64,000 nt of DNA from Bacteroidales bacterium (GTDB lineage Bacteria; Bacteroidota; Bacteroidia; Bacteroidales; UBA7960), in NCBI GenBank assembly GCA_003550725.1, contig PUKZ01000144.1:2502-66501 (forward strand), read 5' to 3'. The notes under the pieces were generated by a model, which did not search any database, was not told where the DNA came from, and saw nothing but the letters and a program-made list of their open reading frames with translations. Position 1 is the first letter of the stretch. Every line of letters starts with the position of its first letter. A program made the position numbers and the translations under genes. This document shows, one piece after another, positions 55,952-64,000 of the stretch.

Positions 55952-56426
55952 TTTTTTATTTTAAGCTTAAAATAACAACACTCAGGTTAAATAAACCTCT
56001 ATTATTATAATTATTACGAAACAAATGTAAAAAAGGTTATAATTTAAAAACTCATGGAAACACGTAAAAATATTTTTTTTTAATATTAAATTTTAATTGG
56101 CTACATTAAAAAAGGCTGTTTATTCGATTTGTAAACTTTTTGTTATCAACAGCCGCATTACATATATGCTAATTAGAAAAATTGCTGACACATTTTGAAA
56201 ACAAGCAAACAAAGGCCGGTAAAATATCTTAATTTTAATGAATAAAATTCAATTAGCATTTAAACGTAAAAAAACAGGAAAAATTACGTGGCAAAAAGTT
56301 GTGTTTACAGGTTATACCTGCCTATTCAACTTAAATAATATTTCTGTCAACAACATTGATCCGATCTGTTATCTCAACTAAATTTATTAAGCTTTTCACA
56401 AAAAATTAAAAATAAAAAAAGTTTTT

Positions 56427-56458
56427 TTTGCCTTTTAAAGTAAAACTTTTTATGTTTG
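56427..56458 (+). promoter_or_regulatory. Bacteroidota sigma-A type promoter (TTTG-N20-TAtgTTTG)
   Basis: tttg at 56427-56430, a 20 nt spacer, then tatgtttg at 56451-56458. The promoter lies 58 nt upstream of the ATG at 56516. Confidence 0.5.
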
Positions 56459-56515
56459 ATGTATACAACACAGGCGTTTTTATTGCATTAATATTATACA
56501 AGTCATTTATTTCAT

Positions 56516-59500
56516 ATGTCTACGGAAAATAAAAAGTTTGCTTCAGAAGCATTAGAAGTTAACCTTGCCCAAACACGCAAGGCAGATATTGTTATACCTG
56601 ACGAACAAAAAAAAATTCTCAAATATTCAGAATCATACTGGGGTATAAATAAGCGTACTAAAGATTTTTTGCAGGAGTTAAATCATCCTTACGCTAATTA
56701 CCAATTTTTAGTTGATGAATACCGAAAAATCATATTAGGTGATTTTTGGCTATATGAGCAACATAACGAAGGTAAAGAAGCATTTTTGCTATTGCTCAAT
56801 ATCGCTGATAATCTTTTATCCAATAATTTGAGCAACAATGAATCAGGGCAGTTATTAAGAACATTGATGGAATTTGCAGGGGTATGTTCAAAAAGCAATA
56901 TGGCTTTCAGGGAAACTGTTATTGCAAAAGTTTTTTCAATACTTGAATCAATTTATCAAAATAACAGACACTTATTAATAAAAAATTCCGGTTTAATAAA
57001 AAAGCATTTCAAAGGATTAGCAGTTTCAGAAAATTTCTCGCAGCTCACTTTTGAGTTTACAAAAAAGATAGCTTTGGCCAATTTAGATTACTGGACAAAA
57101 AATGCCAAAGCCGGTGAGTGGTTTGATAAAAACAAGAAGCTTTTTGAGAAAGATTATTCCAAAGAGATAAAACTAATAGAAAGACCTTTTTTTGACCGGA
57201 TCAAAAAAAATATAGAGGCATCTTCCGATTGGAAATCACTGTGCGATAATGTTCCGTTTTTTAATGATATAACAGAGCATTTTCGCAGATTCATTGATAA
57301 ATTTGAAAAAAGCATTGAGAAGTTCTATTATATTATCTTTTTACTTCACTTGCCCGGCATGGAAAGCAGTCGTAATCAACTGCTTTGGGAACTGAACAGG
57401 ATACTTCGCAACATTCATGATGAGCTTAGAGCAGATGAAATAGTTGCTTTCATTGATAACATATTTTCACTATTCAAAGAGCTTAAACATGATCACATGT
57501 CAACTGTTCTTGACTGTATTCTTACCCTTGGCAAGGAGGTTATAAGTATTAAGGAGCGGAAAATTATCAGCTATTTTGAAAACAAGCTTATTGAGCTTGG
57601 TTTTGTCACACCCGGTTTGGTATATATTCAGGAAAACTGGCAGTTAAAAATTGACCCTAATCATTTGAAAAATATCAGGGTATGGCTTGAACTAATAGAA
57701 CATGCGCCATACACTTTCAGAAAGTTACTTTCGGCATTAATTGTAAACCTAAGGTTGGGCGGGATATTTATTTTTGACACCGATCTTTTTCAGCGCGATA
57801 TAACAATGTTGCTTAACAGTGATATTTCACCTTTATATAAACAGATAAAGCAGTTGACACGCATATTCCCGGTATATTTTAATGAGATTGGTGCCGAAGG
57901 TGACCTGCGTGATGTTACTACTGTTATGGACGAGATCTCAGGCAGACAGGATAAGCTCATACATTTCCTTAGAAAACAGGTGCATATTGAAGGTAATAAC
58001 TCACACATCGATCTGACTCGCAAAATTTTTCAATTCTGGTTTGACGGAAACCTGGATAATCTCAAGCCACATATCCCTGTAGATGTTTATGCAGCCATTG
58101 ATAAAGAAAGCCACTGGTTTACAAATGTTCACCAGATTATTAATCAAATGTGCTTGGAAAAAAAATGTAAGCCGGTTGATTTGCTCACTTTAAGTGAGGA
58201 TGAATTTGGTAATTTGCTTGAAGAGATAGAAAACGGCAGCAAAGACGATAAAAAACGGCTTAGACTATTGTTCAGGCTTTATAATCTTCTAAAGGAAAAG
58301 TATTCATTTGAAACTACCGACATTACAACTATTTTAAAGAAATACCCCTTCTTTGAAGAAAAAGAAATATACAAGCTTGATGACCATCTTAACAGTGGCA
58401 ACACAGAAAAAGCTATTGGAGCAATATATAAATTCATGGAAAAGCTTAACCAGGTTATATTCAGCAAAGAATACAGCCAGGGATGGGAAAGCATATATCA
58501 CAAAAGACATATTGCATTTGGTATACCTTCAATGTACGGTCAATACCGGGAGACCAAATTTGAAGCACTGGGAGTGATATTCAGGCTTGAAAAACTTGCT
58601 TCAAAGCTAATGGAGAAAAGAATTTACGGCTTTCAAACTGAATATATAACCGCCAAAGCACTTAAAGAATCATACCAGATACTTAAATTGTTTCAAAAAG
58701 GACTTGAACTAGACGGGGTTACAAGCCAGGTATTGGATTCTAATCTTCAAATGCTAAAATATGGACTTACCAGCCAAAGCTTCTCATTAGACCAGTTTAT
58801 AAATCTATTCCAGTTTATAGCAAAAAATGTGAAAGAAATTACATATACATACTTTTTTAGTTTTTATGATCAGCCTTTAAGAATGATTATTCCACAACTT
58901 TTCGATACTGAAAAAAAACTGAATGAAAAAGAGTTAAATCAGCTAATTGTAAGCAAATCCGAAGTTTTTTACAGGGAAATCCTTTACTCTTCTTTTTTGA
59001 TTCAGTTGCTCGATAATTTTGTAAGCAGAATAATTCATTCGTTACAAAATATGGTTGATAATTTTAGCCAGGAAGTCATTCGAAGAATAATGTCGTATGA
59101 TTCTGACCTGATTATAAGCCCTTTATACAAAGAAACCTTAAAAGTTGATAATCAAATTTTTCTTGGGTCCAAGGCTCTATATCAAAAAAAACTTTATTTG
59201 TCGGGATTTCCTGTGCCTCCTGGTTTTGTTTTGACCACGGAAGTATTTAGAAGCCGCCGGGCCATACTTTCCAACCCCACATTATCAAGAGAGGTTGATG
59301 ACCTGGTAAAAAGTCATATAAAAAAGTTGGAAAAGCTTACAGGCCAGCTATATGGTAGCCCTGAAAACCCGTTACTTTTATCGGTAAGATCGGGTACTGC
59401 TATTTCGATGCCCGGGGCAATGAATACATTTCTAAATGTTGGCATGAATGATAAAATAGTTGAAGCTTTCAGCCGTCAGCCCAACTTCGGATGGACATCA

Positions 59501-60631
59501 TGGGATTGTTACCGGCGTTTTCTACAAAGCTGGGGAATGACCTATGGTATAAACCGCGATATTTTTGACCAGGTTATGATTGATTATAAAAATATTTATA
59601 AAATAGATCAAAAGATACATTTTACTTCCAGGCAAATGCGTGAAATTGCTTTTGCCTATAAAGAAATACTGGAAAAAAATAATGTTAAATTTGAAGAAGA
59701 TCCATGGCAGCAGCTAAAACAGGCAATAATGAGCGTATTTGATTCCTGGTCTTCAAAAAGAGCGATTGTCTACCGGGATCACTTGCAAATTGCCGAAGAA
59801 TGGGGCACTGCTGTGGTAATACAAAAAATGGTGCTTGGTAATATCTATGACTATTCGGGTACAGGAGTAGTTTTTACATACAATCCTCAAATACAAAAAC
59901 CGGGAATATATCTCAACGGCGATTTCACTATGTGTAGCCAGGGAGAAGACATTGTTGCCGGGCTTGTACATGCACTTCCGGTATCGGTTTCACAAAAACA
60001 GCTAACTCAGCGTGAAAATCAGATTTCGCTTGAAGAAAGGCTGCCTGAAATTTACAACCGTTTATACGAAATTGCCTATAGCCTGGTTGAAAAACTTGGC
60101 TATAATCACCAGGAGATTGAATTTACCTATGAGTCGGAAAATCCTGAAGACTTATACATTTTACAAATACGTGATCAGGACACACGCAAAGTTGAAAGAA
60201 TGGAGGTTTTCAGTGAGCCGGTATCAAACATGAAACTTTTGGCAAGAGGAATTGGTGGCGGAGGAGGTGCACTGACAGGCAGGCTGGCAATAGACATGGA
60301 AGACATAAAAATGTTGAGAAAAAAATATCCCGATGAAAAATGTATCCTCGTAAGACCTGATACGGTACCTGATGATATACCAATTATTTTTGAATGCGAC
60401 GGCCTGGTAGCAGCCAGAGGCGGCACCACATCACATGCTGCAGTGACAGCAGCTAGATTAGGAAAAACATGCGTGCTTAATTGTCATCATCTAATAGTGT
60501 ATGAGAAAGAAAAAGAATGTAGTATTAACGGACATATACTAAAACCCGGTGATAAAATATCTATTGACGGGTTCGCAGGAAATATTTTTAGCGGATATTA
60601 TAAAACCGAATTAACTGAAATTGTCAATTAA
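56516..60631 (+). CDS. 1371 aa protein: ~880 aa unknown helical N-terminal region plus PPDK-type ATP-grasp and phosphohistidine swivel domains, with no PEP/pyruvate barrel
   Basis: From ~aa 880 the protein carries LGSKALYQKKLYLSGFPVPPGFVLTTEVF, PLLLSVRSGTAISMPGAMNTFLNVGMND and WDCYRRFLQSWG. These are followed by GTAVVIQKMVLGN, GTGVVFTYNP, CSQGEDIVAG and EIEFTYE...LYILQIRDQ. Next come ILVRPDTVPDD and GGTTSHAAVTAARLGKTCV (His1307, nt 60434-60436). Only ~64 aa follow the His. Confidence 0.8.
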   Translation: MSTENKKFASEALEVNLAQTRKADIVIPDEQKKILKYSESYWGINKRTKDFLQELNHPYANYQFLVDEYRKIILGDFWLYEQHNEGKEAFLLLLNIADNLLSNNLSNNESGQLLRTLMEFAGVCSKSNMAFRETVIAKVFSILESIYQNNRHLLIKNSGLIKKHFKGLAVSENFSQLTFEFTKKIALANLDYWTKNAKAGEWFDKNKKLFEKDYSKEIKLIERPFFDRIKKNIEASSDWKSLCDNVPFFNDITEHFRRFIDKFEKSIEKFYYIIFLLHLPGMESSRNQLLWELNRILRNIHDELRADEIVAFIDNIFSLFKELKHDHMSTVLDCILTLGKEVISIKERKIISYFENKLIELGFVTPGLVYIQENWQLKIDPNHLKNIRVWLELIEHAPYTFRKLLSALIVNLRLGGIFIFDTDLFQRDITMLLNSDISPLYKQIKQLTRIFPVYFNEIGAEGDLRDVTTVMDEISGRQDKLIHFLRKQVHIEGNNSHIDLTRKIFQFWFDGNLDNLKPHIPVDVYAAIDKESHWFTNVHQIINQMCLEKKCKPVDLLTLSEDEFGNLLEEIENGSKDDKKRLRLLFRLYNLLKEKYSFETTDITTILKKYPFFEEKEIYKLDDHLNSGNTEKAIGAIYKFMEKLNQVIFSKEYSQGWESIYHKRHIAFGIPSMYGQYRETKFEALGVIFRLEKLASKLMEKRIYGFQTEYITAKALKESYQILKLFQKGLELDGVTSQVLDSNLQMLKYGLTSQSFSLDQFINLFQFIAKNVKEITYTYFFSFYDQPLRMIIPQLFDTEKKLNEKELNQLIVSKSEVFYREILYSSFLIQLLDNFVSRIIHSLQNMVDNFSQEVIRRIMSYDSDLIISPLYKETLKVDNQIFLGSKALYQKKLYLSGFPVPPGFVLTTEVFRSRRAILSNPTLSREVDDLVKSHIKKLEKLTGQLYGSPENPLLLSVRSGTAISMPGAMNTFLNVGMNDKIVEAFSRQPNFGWTSWDCYRRFLQSWGMTYGINRDIFDQVMIDYKNIYKIDQKIHFTSRQMREIAFAYKEILEKNNVKFEEDPWQQLKQAIMSVFDSWSSKRAIVYRDHLQIAEEWGTAVVIQKMVLGNIYDYSGTGVVFTYNPQIQKPGIYLNGDFTMCSQGEDIVAGLVHALPVSVSQKQLTQRENQISLEERLPEIYNRLYEIAYSLVEKLGYNHQEIEFTYESENPEDLYILQIRDQDTRKVERMEVFSEPVSNMKLLARGIGGGGGALTGRLAIDMEDIKMLRKKYPDEKCILVRPDTVPDDIPIIFECDGLVAARGGTTSHAAVTAARLGKTCVLNCHHLIVYEKEKECSINGHILKPGDKISIDGFAGNIFSGYYKTELTEIVN

Positions 60632-60685
60632 AATTGATAACCAAAATAATTATTGAAAAGTGTTTTATGAAAGATTATAATTGAT

Positions 60686-60719
60686 TTTGCTTTTCTTTCA
60701 AAATTGAATTATAAGTTTG
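60686..60719 (+). promoter_or_regulatory. candidate promoter (TTTG-N22-TAagTTTG) for the GAPDH-like gene
   Basis: tttg at 60686-60689 and taagtttg at 60712-60719. The spacer is slightly longer than the usual 19-21 nt. Confidence 0.35.
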
Positions 60720-60766
60720 TATATTTTTATTAAAACTAAATTATAACCTTAAAATTTTTATAAGCT

Positions 60767-62017
60767 ATGAATAATATATTTAATAATAAAAACTTAATTG
60801 GCATAAATGGTCTTGGACGAATAGGTAAGTTAACATTATGGGGCTTTATTGCCAATGGTTATTTTGACGGAGCCATAATAAACGTAGGGCGTGAGGTTGG
60901 TAAAAAGCTTGAAGATGTTATCCAGGTCATTGAATCAGATTCCACTTATGGATCTTTAGCAAGATTTATTAATGGTCATAGCAGCAACAGGATTGATATT
61001 TCCATTGTTGATGAAAATGAAGGAATTATTGATTTTGACGGGTTTATAATAAAAATATTACGAAATGACCGCAATCCCGCAAATATTAAATGGAAGGAAA
61101 ATGGTGTAAGTATAGTTGTTGACTGCACCGGTGTTTTTCTTGATCCAACTGCACCTCCTGATGAACCTAAAGGCAGTTTAAGAGGTCATTTGGAAGCAGG
61201 TGCACAGAAAGTGATTCTCAGTGCACCATTTAAAATCAAAGATAAGACAAGAAAAATGCCTGATGACAGTTTTATGATGGTATACGGTATTAATCACCTT
61301 GATTTTGATGCTTCCAAACATCATATACTTTCAGCTGCCAGTTGTACAACAACATGCCTGGCACATATGATGTATCCTTTGCTCCAAAACGAAGAAACAT
61401 CAAAAATAATGACGGCATCTATGTCAACAGTCCATGCAGCAACCAACAGTCAAAGCGTACTGGACCTGGTTCCCAAAAAAGGCGCATCAGATCTGAGAAA
61501 AACTAGGTCGGTACTGAATAATATTATTATAACCAGTACAGGAGCAGCAAGAGCCCTGGAAAAGATAATAACCGAAATAAAAGAGATAGGCTTTATGGCC
61601 GACTCAGTCAGAATACCTACAAATACAGTATCGTTAATTATTTTAAACCTGACTTTCAGCTCACAAGTTGACGATAAAGGCGAACCTTTAATTAATAAAG
61701 ACTTTTTGAACAATATTTATAACACAGCTTCAAAAGGTTATCAAAAGGATCTTTTGATTTTTAGTGAAAAACAAAATGTTTCTGCCGACATGATAGGTAA
61801 CCCTGCAGCAGCAGTAATTGAAGGTCATGAAACCCACACCAGAACAGGATTTATAAACTTGCCCGAAACAGCTATGAGTTCAATTGGAATTAAAGTAGAT
61901 AAAGACCTCAATTTGCCTGTTACCCATGCCAAAATTTTCGGATGGTACGATAATGAGTTTGGATATGTTAGTTGTCTTGAAAAACTAACGGATTATATTG
62001 ATAAAAACATGAGATAA
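60767..62017 (+). CDS. long, divergent glyceraldehyde-3-phosphate dehydrogenase family protein
   Basis: GINGLGRIGK Rossmann start, active-site SAASCTTTCLAHM (compare SNASCTTNCLAP), MSTVHAATNSQ, TGAARAL and GWYDNEFGY. Its 416 aa include insertions relative to ~335 aa GapA. Confidence 0.8.
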   Translation: MNNIFNNKNLIGINGLGRIGKLTLWGFIANGYFDGAIINVGREVGKKLEDVIQVIESDSTYGSLARFINGHSSNRIDISIVDENEGIIDFDGFIIKILRNDRNPANIKWKENGVSIVVDCTGVFLDPTAPPDEPKGSLRGHLEAGAQKVILSAPFKIKDKTRKMPDDSFMMVYGINHLDFDASKHHILSAASCTTTCLAHMMYPLLQNEETSKIMTASMSTVHAATNSQSVLDLVPKKGASDLRKTRSVLNNIIITSTGAARALEKIITEIKEIGFMADSVRIPTNTVSLIILNLTFSSQVDDKGEPLINKDFLNNIYNTASKGYQKDLLIFSEKQNVSADMIGNPAAAVIEGHETHTRTGFINLPETAMSSIGIKVDKDLNLPVTHAKIFGWYDNEFGYVSCLEKLTDYIDKNMR

Positions 62018-62076
62018 TAACCAAGCCCTATAACTGAAAGAGTAAACCATTAATGGAGATATAAACTAAAAACATA

Positions 62077-62114
62077 GCCACCTTGAAAAATAAAGCAATA
62101 TTTTTTAAGGTGGC
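62077..62114. terminator. bidirectional hairpin between the convergent GAPDH-like and dNK genes
   Basis: gccaccttgaaaaa / ttttttaaggtggc arms with a 10 nt loop. The right arm overlaps the last codons and stop of the dNK gene. Confidence 0.5.
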
Positions 62115-62743
62115 AAATAAAACCTTGTTATACCAGGCGGATATTCCTGGTTAATCGCATCGGCAATATGTTTATAGTCTTCGGGGTTGTTAACAAAATC
62201 AAGTTTATTGATATCAAGCAGCAAAATCCTCATTGCCGGCTGCTGGTTAAGATATTGAAAATAACTGTCCTGTAACTTTAGAAGATACTCGTCTGGTATA
62301 GCTTGCTCGTAAGTGCGGCCACGTTTCTTTATATTTGCCTGGAGCTTCTCAACTTTTACATAAAGATGAACAAGTAGATCGGGTTTTGGCACATTTTGCT
62401 CCATAATATTGAACAAGTTCCTGAAAAGCTGATATTCATCATCACCCAAAGTTTTTCGTGCAAAGATCAATGACTTGTTCAAAAAATAATCTGATATTGT
62501 TAAACTATGAAAAAGGTCCATGCTTGGCAATTCATCTATCAATTGCCGGTATCTTTCAGCCAGGAAAGAAAGCTCGAGTGGAAAAGCATACTTGCCGGGA
62601 TCTTTGTAAAACTTTTCAAGAAAGGGATTATCCCAGAACCTTTCAAGTATAAGCTTCCCGTTGAATTGTTCTGCCAGCATTTTTGCAAGTGATGTTTTAC
62701 CGGCACCAATATTCCCCTCTATGGCAATGTAATTATAGTTCAT
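62105..62743 (-). CDS. deoxynucleoside kinase
   Basis: P-loop IAIEGNIGAGKTSLAKML directly after Met at 62743. The longer ORF-track start (62836) would overlap folK. The body is dNK/dCK/dGK-like (ERFWDNP, FLER). Confidence 0.85.
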   Translation of the reverse strand: MNYNYIAIEGNIGAGKTSLAKMLAEQFNGKLILERFWDNPFLEKFYKDPGKYAFPLELSFLAERYRQLIDELPSMDLFHSLTISDYFLNKSLIFARKTLGDDEYQLFRNLFNIMEQNVPKPDLLVHLYVKVEKLQANIKKRGRTYEQAIPDEYLLKLQDSYFQYLNQQPAMRILLLDINKLDFVNNPEDYKHIADAINQEYPPGITRFYLPP

Positions 62744-62747
62744 AGCT

Positions 62748-63254
62748 TTATAATTTATTAATATTATTATTACTAAGCAGGTAAACACCCTGCTTGTCAT
62801 CACACTCTTCAAGAAGCTTGTATACGGTTTTATCAAATACCGGATGTTTTAACCCGGGATCAATATCAACCAGGGGTATAAGAGCGAACCTGCGCAAATG
62901 CATTCTAGGATGAGGAATTTCCAGGCCTTTCTCATTTATTACTTTGCCGTTATATAAAAGTATATCAATGTCAATAATTCTTGATTCATAACCCGGATTT
63001 TGTCTTCTCCTGCCCATCATAGACTCTATAGAAAGAACGGCTGAAAGCAAAGCCCGGGGTGCTAATTTTGTTTTAACTGCCAATGCCTGGTTATAAAACA
63101 AATTATCACTTTCAAAGCCCCACGGCTCAGTATAATAAACCGCTGAAGCCTCAGTTATAAAACCAATATGATTTTTGATAAGCTCAATTGTTTTTGAAAA
63201 AGTATCAGGAACATTACCAATATTACCACCCAATAATAAATATACAGTATTCAT
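62748..63254 (-). CDS. folK: 2-amino-4-hydroxy-6-hydroxymethyldihydropteridine diphosphokinase
   Basis: Motifs LLLGGNIGN, EPWGF, IDIDILLY and IPHPRMHLRRFALIPL. Confidence 0.9.
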   Translation of the reverse strand: MNTVYLLLGGNIGNVPDTFSKTIELIKNHIGFITEASAVYYTEPWGFESDNLFYNQALAVKTKLAPRALLSAVLSIESMMGRRRQNPGYESRIIDIDILLYNGKVINEKGLEIPHPRMHLRRFALIPLVDIDPGLKHPVFDKTVYKLLEECDDKQGVYLLSNNNINKL

Positions 63255-63432
63255 GATTATTATATTATTTTTGCCTAAAGCAAAATTCTAAAAAAATTTC
63301 CATTATCAAACAATTAAGATAGTTAATAATAAAAATATTTGCTTAAAAAATTTGAAAAGCAACAATTAATTAAACTATATAATGGTTTATTAGTCTAACC
63401 TCTTAGTTATAAACCAACATTGCAATTTAAAT

Positions 63433-64000
63433 ATGATCAGATCGGTAGAGGTACTCTGTTTGATAATAGTTTTTAGTTTGGTACACATTCATGCGGCGGC
63501 TAATTTTAATACAATCGAAGCAATCCGTGATAAAAACTCAGGAGGCACAATAAAAGGCATTGTTGTTGAATCTGTTAGTCAACAGCCTCTGGAGTACGTG
63601 AATATTGCTGTTTTTCTTCATGAAAAAGGCAATGAAGAAGTAATAACGGGTACCATCAGTGATGAAGACGGCACTTTCAAAATCGAAAACCTTCCTTTAG
63701 ATACTTTTAATGTACGCTTTTCTTTTGTAGGATTTAAGCCAAAGTTTGTGGAAAAGATTTCACTGGGGGACTCTGAAACTATTGTTGATATGGGCCAAGT
63801 AGAAATTGACCCGGGTGATGAAATGATTGAAGCTGTAGAAATAAGAGGTGAGCGAAAATTACTTAGTCTTGACATGGACAAAAATGTATTTATAGTTACT
63901 CGTGATATGACTTCTACCGGTGGTTCGGCTCTGGATATCATGGAATCCATACCATCAGTATCGGTTGATTATGAAGGCGAAGTAAATTTAAGAGGAAGCA
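63433..64000 (+). CDS. TonB-dependent receptor (N-terminal part; continues beyond the window)
   Basis: An open frame from ATG 63433 runs to the window end and is absent from the ORF track because it has no stop. It has a signal peptide and a CarboxypepD_reg-like segment (GTIKGIVVES...DGTFKIENLPLDTFNVRFSFVGF). The start of the plug follows (TGGSALDIMESIPSVSVDYEGEVNLRGS). Confidence 0.85.
   Translation, partial: MIRSVEVLCLIIVFSLVHIHAAANFNTIEAIRDKNSGGTIKGIVVESVSQQPLEYVNIAVFLHEKGNEEVITGTISDEDGTFKIENLPLDTFNVRFSFVGFKPKFVEKISLGDSETIVDMGQVEIDPGDEMIEAVEIRGERKLLSLDMDKNVFIVTRDMTSTGGSALDIMESIPSVSVDYEGEVNLRGS

Noticed and set aside
56516-60631. Annotating the 1371 aa gene simply as pyruvate phosphate dikinase (ppdK)
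   Set aside because: The protein ends ~64 aa after the phosphohistidine motif, so the PEP/pyruvate-binding barrel is missing. An ~880 aa unrelated region also precedes the ATP-grasp part.
62744-62836. N-terminal extension of the deoxynucleoside kinase ORF
   Set aside because: It overlaps the folK 3' end, whereas the P-loop starts immediately after the Met at 62743.
63618-63950. 110 aa minus-strand ORF
   Set aside because: It is antisense to the open-ended TonB-dependent receptor frame that starts at 63433. That frame has clear CarboxypepD_reg and plug-start sequence.
1-64000. A mobile element, prophage or genomic island
   Set aside because: I recognised no integrase, transposase, tRNA attachment site, phage structural gene or terminal repeat. 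Composition is fairly uniform apart from membrane-protein genes.

Overview
AT-rich chromosomal segment that looks Bacteroidota-like: it has a T9SS C-terminal sorting domain, a TonB-dependent receptor with a CarboxypepD_reg-type N-terminus, TTTG/TAnnTTTG promoter boxes and many lipoproteins. I support about 47 protein genes. I could not recognise any rRNA, tRNA, CRISPR array, transposase or integrase. Clear housekeeping genes are argF/arcB-type OTC, arcC, purE, an IMPase, mtaB, rtcB, alaS, an M23 peptidase, alkaline phosphatase, a GH16 glucanase, a deoxynucleoside kinase, folK, a PiT phosphate transporter and an SSF symporter. Five accessory modules deserve attention. (1) A synthase-dependent exopolysaccharide operon (REC, TPR/beta-barrel porin, HEAT-like membrane protein, GT2 synthase), followed by tandem hemerythrins and a T9SS-secreted glycosidase-like protein. 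(2) A compact operon of a two-cysteine DsrC, DsrM-like and DsrK/HdrD-like proteins and a cysteine desulfurase, with no dsrAB in view. (3) A fibre/pilus-like locus: two acidic secreted paralogues, an internal terminator, a 1182 aa barrel-OmpA protein and a PapD-like candidate chaperone. (4) A transmembrane TPR-PP2C phosphatase with two SiaC (DUF1987)-like proteins but no SiaB/SiaD. (5) A 1371 aa protein whose C-terminal ~490 aa are the ATP-grasp plus phosphohistidine swivel part of pyruvate phosphate dikinase without the PEP/pyruvate barrel, followed by a long divergent GAPDH paralogue. All functional calls come from motif recognition by eye. No searches were run.
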